IMG/VR virus record: IMGVR_UViG_3300036783_000070 | Coordinates: 1-44,751 of that record | Reading direction: 5' to 3' (one strand) | Source of the DNA: a virus | Lineage: Duplodnaviria; Caudoviricetes | Length of the DNA stretch: 44,751 bases | Part shown: positions 42,311 to 44,751 of the stretch, piece after piece | How the letters are laid out: every line of letters starts with the position of its first letter | How positions within the stretch are numbered: the first letter of the stretch is position 1 | Made by a program: the position numbers and the translations under genes | The notes under the pieces: model-generated | What the model was told of the DNA's origin: nothing | What the model saw: the letters and a program-made list of their open reading frames with translations, nothing else | Database searches by the model: none

Positions 42311-44413
42311 ATGACTAGCTACAGGGGAATGGACGGAGTTTCCGGACGCCCGGGTACTGGCTCCTCAGGTACTCAGCCTCCGACTTCGGCTACTTCCTTT
42401 TCTGGTAACTACATACCTGGGTTGATGTTCGAGACTACCCAGGCTGGTTGCTTCTTCGAGGGCTACTGGTGGTGGGTACCCACAGGAGGTCTTACAGCTC
42501 CCCAGAAGTTCTGTCTCTGGTGTGTTGACGACGTATTTACCGTCGAGCGTAGCAAAGTCATTGCGGATAGTATTGTCACATCTGGAACGCTATCAGCTAC
42601 TCCTGTAGGTGCTGAGGTCGGTGGACACTTCAACTTTGTTCCGTTGCCTGCACCGATTCCAATCTCTCTTGCGACGACATATTGTGCTGCTGCAGGTGTT
42701 AATGGCCCTTTCCCCGACACGCAGAACCAGTTTGGTTCAGGACAGCCTTACTCTGCAGGTATTGTTAATGGGCCACTGAACATCTTCAGTGACCACAGTG
42801 GCTCGAACCCTGAGCCGATGAGTCAGTTCCAGGGACCGTTTACTACTGCAGGTTCTGATCCTACAGTTAATAGGCCCTTTTCTGACGACCTGTCTGACAT
42901 ACTTTGGCTTGATGTACAGGTCCGCGATGACACACCTGCTGGATACAAGGGCAACTACGAGCTGTGGCCTAACAAGACCAGCGCATCACTAGGAACCATA
43001 GGCGACTCGCCTACCACCTTTGTACTGTCGCACGAGATCCATGTCTCAGCACAGGTTTCGACGTTCTACGTCAAGTTCTATAGCAATCCTAGCAGCGCTA
43101 CTTCATTGCCTACGTGGGCAGGTATCTATGATACAGCCACGAAGGCGTTGGTAAGTGCTAATACATCTCCGACTTGGACGAAGCTAGATGGAACTCCAGC
43201 CAGTGTTGGAGACGGCTGGATCTATTGTACCTTCTCCGTAACTCTGCCTATAGGCGTTTACAAGGTCTGCGTCTACAACGCTAATGGCGCTGGCGGTACT
43301 TGGTCTGCTACGCAATATGGCTACTTCAGTCCTGGCGGTCCTGGCGGTTCAGGCCTTACGTGGGGACCACTGTTTGCACCGCCTCCTTCAGGCGCTCTGA
43401 ACGCTTACGTCTACTTCAACAACCCAACACAAACGCCTCCTTACACCGATGGTCATTCTCAGGAGCAGGCACAGGGTTCGTTTGCCGTAACGGGGCCACA
43501 GTATCCATATCTGTACGTTGACTACACCTTCCCAGGTACAGGTGCGCCCACAGGAGCGGTAGCAGAGAGCTTCTGGGTTGACCTTGTAGTCGGTCCGCCT
43601 GTAGTTACGCAGCCTGGAGCAGCAGCCTTCGAGGGCTCTGGCGGCTTCATGATAGGCGCCGCTGCAGGCATCGTACACTTTCGCGGTTCAGGATCCTTCT
43701 CAGCGAAGGCGACCAGTACTTACCAGCGTGGGCTAGTCCTCCATGGCTCTGGAGCGTTTAACGTCCAGATAGTCGGTACGCGCTTTGGAGCTGTTGCCCT
43801 CAACGGCTCTGGATCATTCACTGCAGGTGCCGCGAATGTCACTGAGCATGGTACTGCACACTTCTCAGGGTCGGGTTCCTTTGTCGTAGGGAATACGGGC
43901 CCTGGGGACATACGGACAGCGCTACATCTAACTGGAACGTTTACAGAGACGAACCAGCTAGGTGGCACAGTAACCAATGCAAATGTCTTGGGCGGTAGCG
44001 TAACTAATGCCAATGTCTTGGGCGGTAGCGCCGTAACGCTAGACCCTGTGGAAGCTACACTAGTGGAGTGGACCATGCAGGAAGTCGATATCAACCTGGC
44101 CGAGTTCAACGACGAGACCCTGAACTTGACGCTCGCCTCTTCAGGTAGCCCCTTGAACCTTACAGGTTTCAACCTGAACATGTATCTTAAGGTCAAGCAG
44201 GGCGATGCCGACAGCGCTGCTACGACTACGAAGCTGTCTACCACTACTGGTGAGATTACCATCACCAACGCATCTCAGGGTCTGGCAACGGTAGCGATTC
44301 CGAACTCTGACTTGCAGGCGCCTTCGTTCACCTTCTACCGCGTTGACCTTGTCGGGAGCGGTAGCAAGCAGAACACCGCGATCTACGGCAAGGTCTCTAC
44401 AACTTCTCTGTGA
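42311..44413 (+). CDS. Fibre/adhesin-like virion protein: two DUF4082-like domains, GSG.F repeats, C-terminal BppU-like domain
   Basis: G..F....G....G.W..., P..I....TY.A, NGPL, FWVD motifs; repeated xGSGxF; PLNLTG...ITNA.QG...V.I...D C-terminus. Confidence 0.65.
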   Translation: MTSYRGMDGVSGRPGTGSSGTQPPTSATSFSGNYIPGLMFETTQAGCFFEGYWWWVPTGGLTAPQKFCLWCVDDVFTVERSKVIADSIVTSGTLSATPVGAEVGGHFNFVPLPAPIPISLATTYCAAAGVNGPFPDTQNQFGSGQPYSAGIVNGPLNIFSDHSGSNPEPMSQFQGPFTTAGSDPTVNRPFSDDLSDILWLDVQVRDDTPAGYKGNYELWPNKTSASLGTIGDSPTTFVLSHEIHVSAQVSTFYVKFYSNPSSATSLPTWAGIYDTATKALVSANTSPTWTKLDGTPASVGDGWIYCTFSVTLPIGVYKVCVYNANGAGGTWSATQYGYFSPGGPGGSGLTWGPLFAPPPSGALNAYVYFNNPTQTPPYTDGHSQEQAQGSFAVTGPQYPYLYVDYTFPGTGAPTGAVAESFWVDLVVGPPVVTQPGAAAFEGSGGFMIGAAAGIVHFRGSGSFSAKATSTYQRGLVLHGSGAFNVQIVGTRFGAVALNGSGSFTAGAANVTEHGTAHFSGSGSFVVGNTGPGDIRTALHLTGTFTETNQLGGTVTNANVLGGSVTNANVLGGSAVTLDPVEATLVEWTMQEVDINLAEFNDETLNLTLASSGSPLNLTGFNLNMYLKVKQGDADSAATTTKLSTTTGEITITNASQGLATVAIPNSDLQAPSFTFYRVDLVGSGSKQNTAIYGKVSTTSL
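43958..44030 (+). repeat. 30-nt in-frame tandem repeat (LGG(T/S)VTNANV)
   Basis: About 2.5 copies seen in DNA and protein. Confidence 0.8.
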
Positions 44414-44415
44414 GC

Positions 44416-44540
44416 TGCTTTAGCTCGTTTCATCGAATATACTTAAATAGACTGAGTCTAAAGTAAGTCTAACTGTAGACAGAGCTGATGTAGCCCCTTT
44501 ACTACAGCGCGCTTCTCAAAGCGTCTAACTCGATTCTAAA
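44416..44540 (+). repeat. Dispersed ~125 bp element, copy 3
   Basis: TGCTTTAGCTC-N28-AGTCTAA...TCTAACTG..GACA...CTTTACTACAGCGCG...TCTAA..TCTAA. Confidence 0.85.
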
Positions 44541-44558
44541 TGTTTTCATCGGAGCCCC

Positions 44559-44588
44559 TTGTGGAACAGCTTGGAGCCCATATATAAT
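44559..44588 (+). promoter_or_regulatory. Late promoter
   Basis: TTGTGG-N18-TATAAT; shares TTGGAG.CCATATATAATA with the terS promoter. Confidence 0.75.
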
Positions 44589-44611
44589 AAGAGGACAGAG
44601 GTGAAACCGAA

Positions 44612-44751
44612 GTGGGTGTATATAACCCAAGCGGGTCAGGAAACGTTCATGTAGACGGAATCATGGGGAGCAAGCCAATGCCACCTAGGAAGCCTAGGGC
44701 AGGTGCTAAGAAGCCGGCAGCCAAGAAGGGCATGGGCTTCGCGGCAGCTGC
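44612..44751 (+). CDS. Basic Lys/Ala-rich protein (3' truncated)
   Basis: GAGGTG RBS then GTG 44612 (alternative ATG 44678); open to the window end. Confidence 0.6.
   Translation, partial: MGVYNPSGSGNVHVDGIMGSKPMPPRKPRAGAKKPAAKKGMGFAAA

Overview
This window is most of a circularly permuted genome of a tailed dsDNA phage (siphovirus-type tail genes). The host is most likely an actinobacterium, inferred from the protein families and an apparently leaderless late gene. The + strand at 1-7931 carries tape measure, distal tail, minor tail and lysis genes. The - strand at 8005-37581 carries replication and DNA-modification genes: RuvC-like resolvase, a UDG-PolA fusion, a TGT-fold protein, MazG-like enzymes, folE/queE/queD/queC, RepB-type primase-helicase, SSB, AAA ATPase, PD-(D/E)xK exonuclease, LAGLIDADG endonuclease and SNF2 helicase. 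Many small early genes behind strong sigma70/HrdB-type promoters follow. The + strand from 37829 carries terminase, portal and a fibre-like module. Capsid and tail-tube genes are not in the window, and no integrase was recognised. The most notable signals are four: (1) a 7-deazaguanine (preQ0) cluster with a divergent transglycosylase-fold gene coupled to the polymerase plus two NTP pyrophosphatases; (2) a ~510 nt array of structured non-coding elements including an aberrant tRNA-like RNA and a pseudoknotted RNA; (3) three dispersed ~125 bp elements with exactly conserved motif spacing; (4) a small ORF with a synonymously diverged, perfectly conserved 13-aa repeat containing Gly-Gly motifs. 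All family calls come from motif recognition by eye, not database searches.
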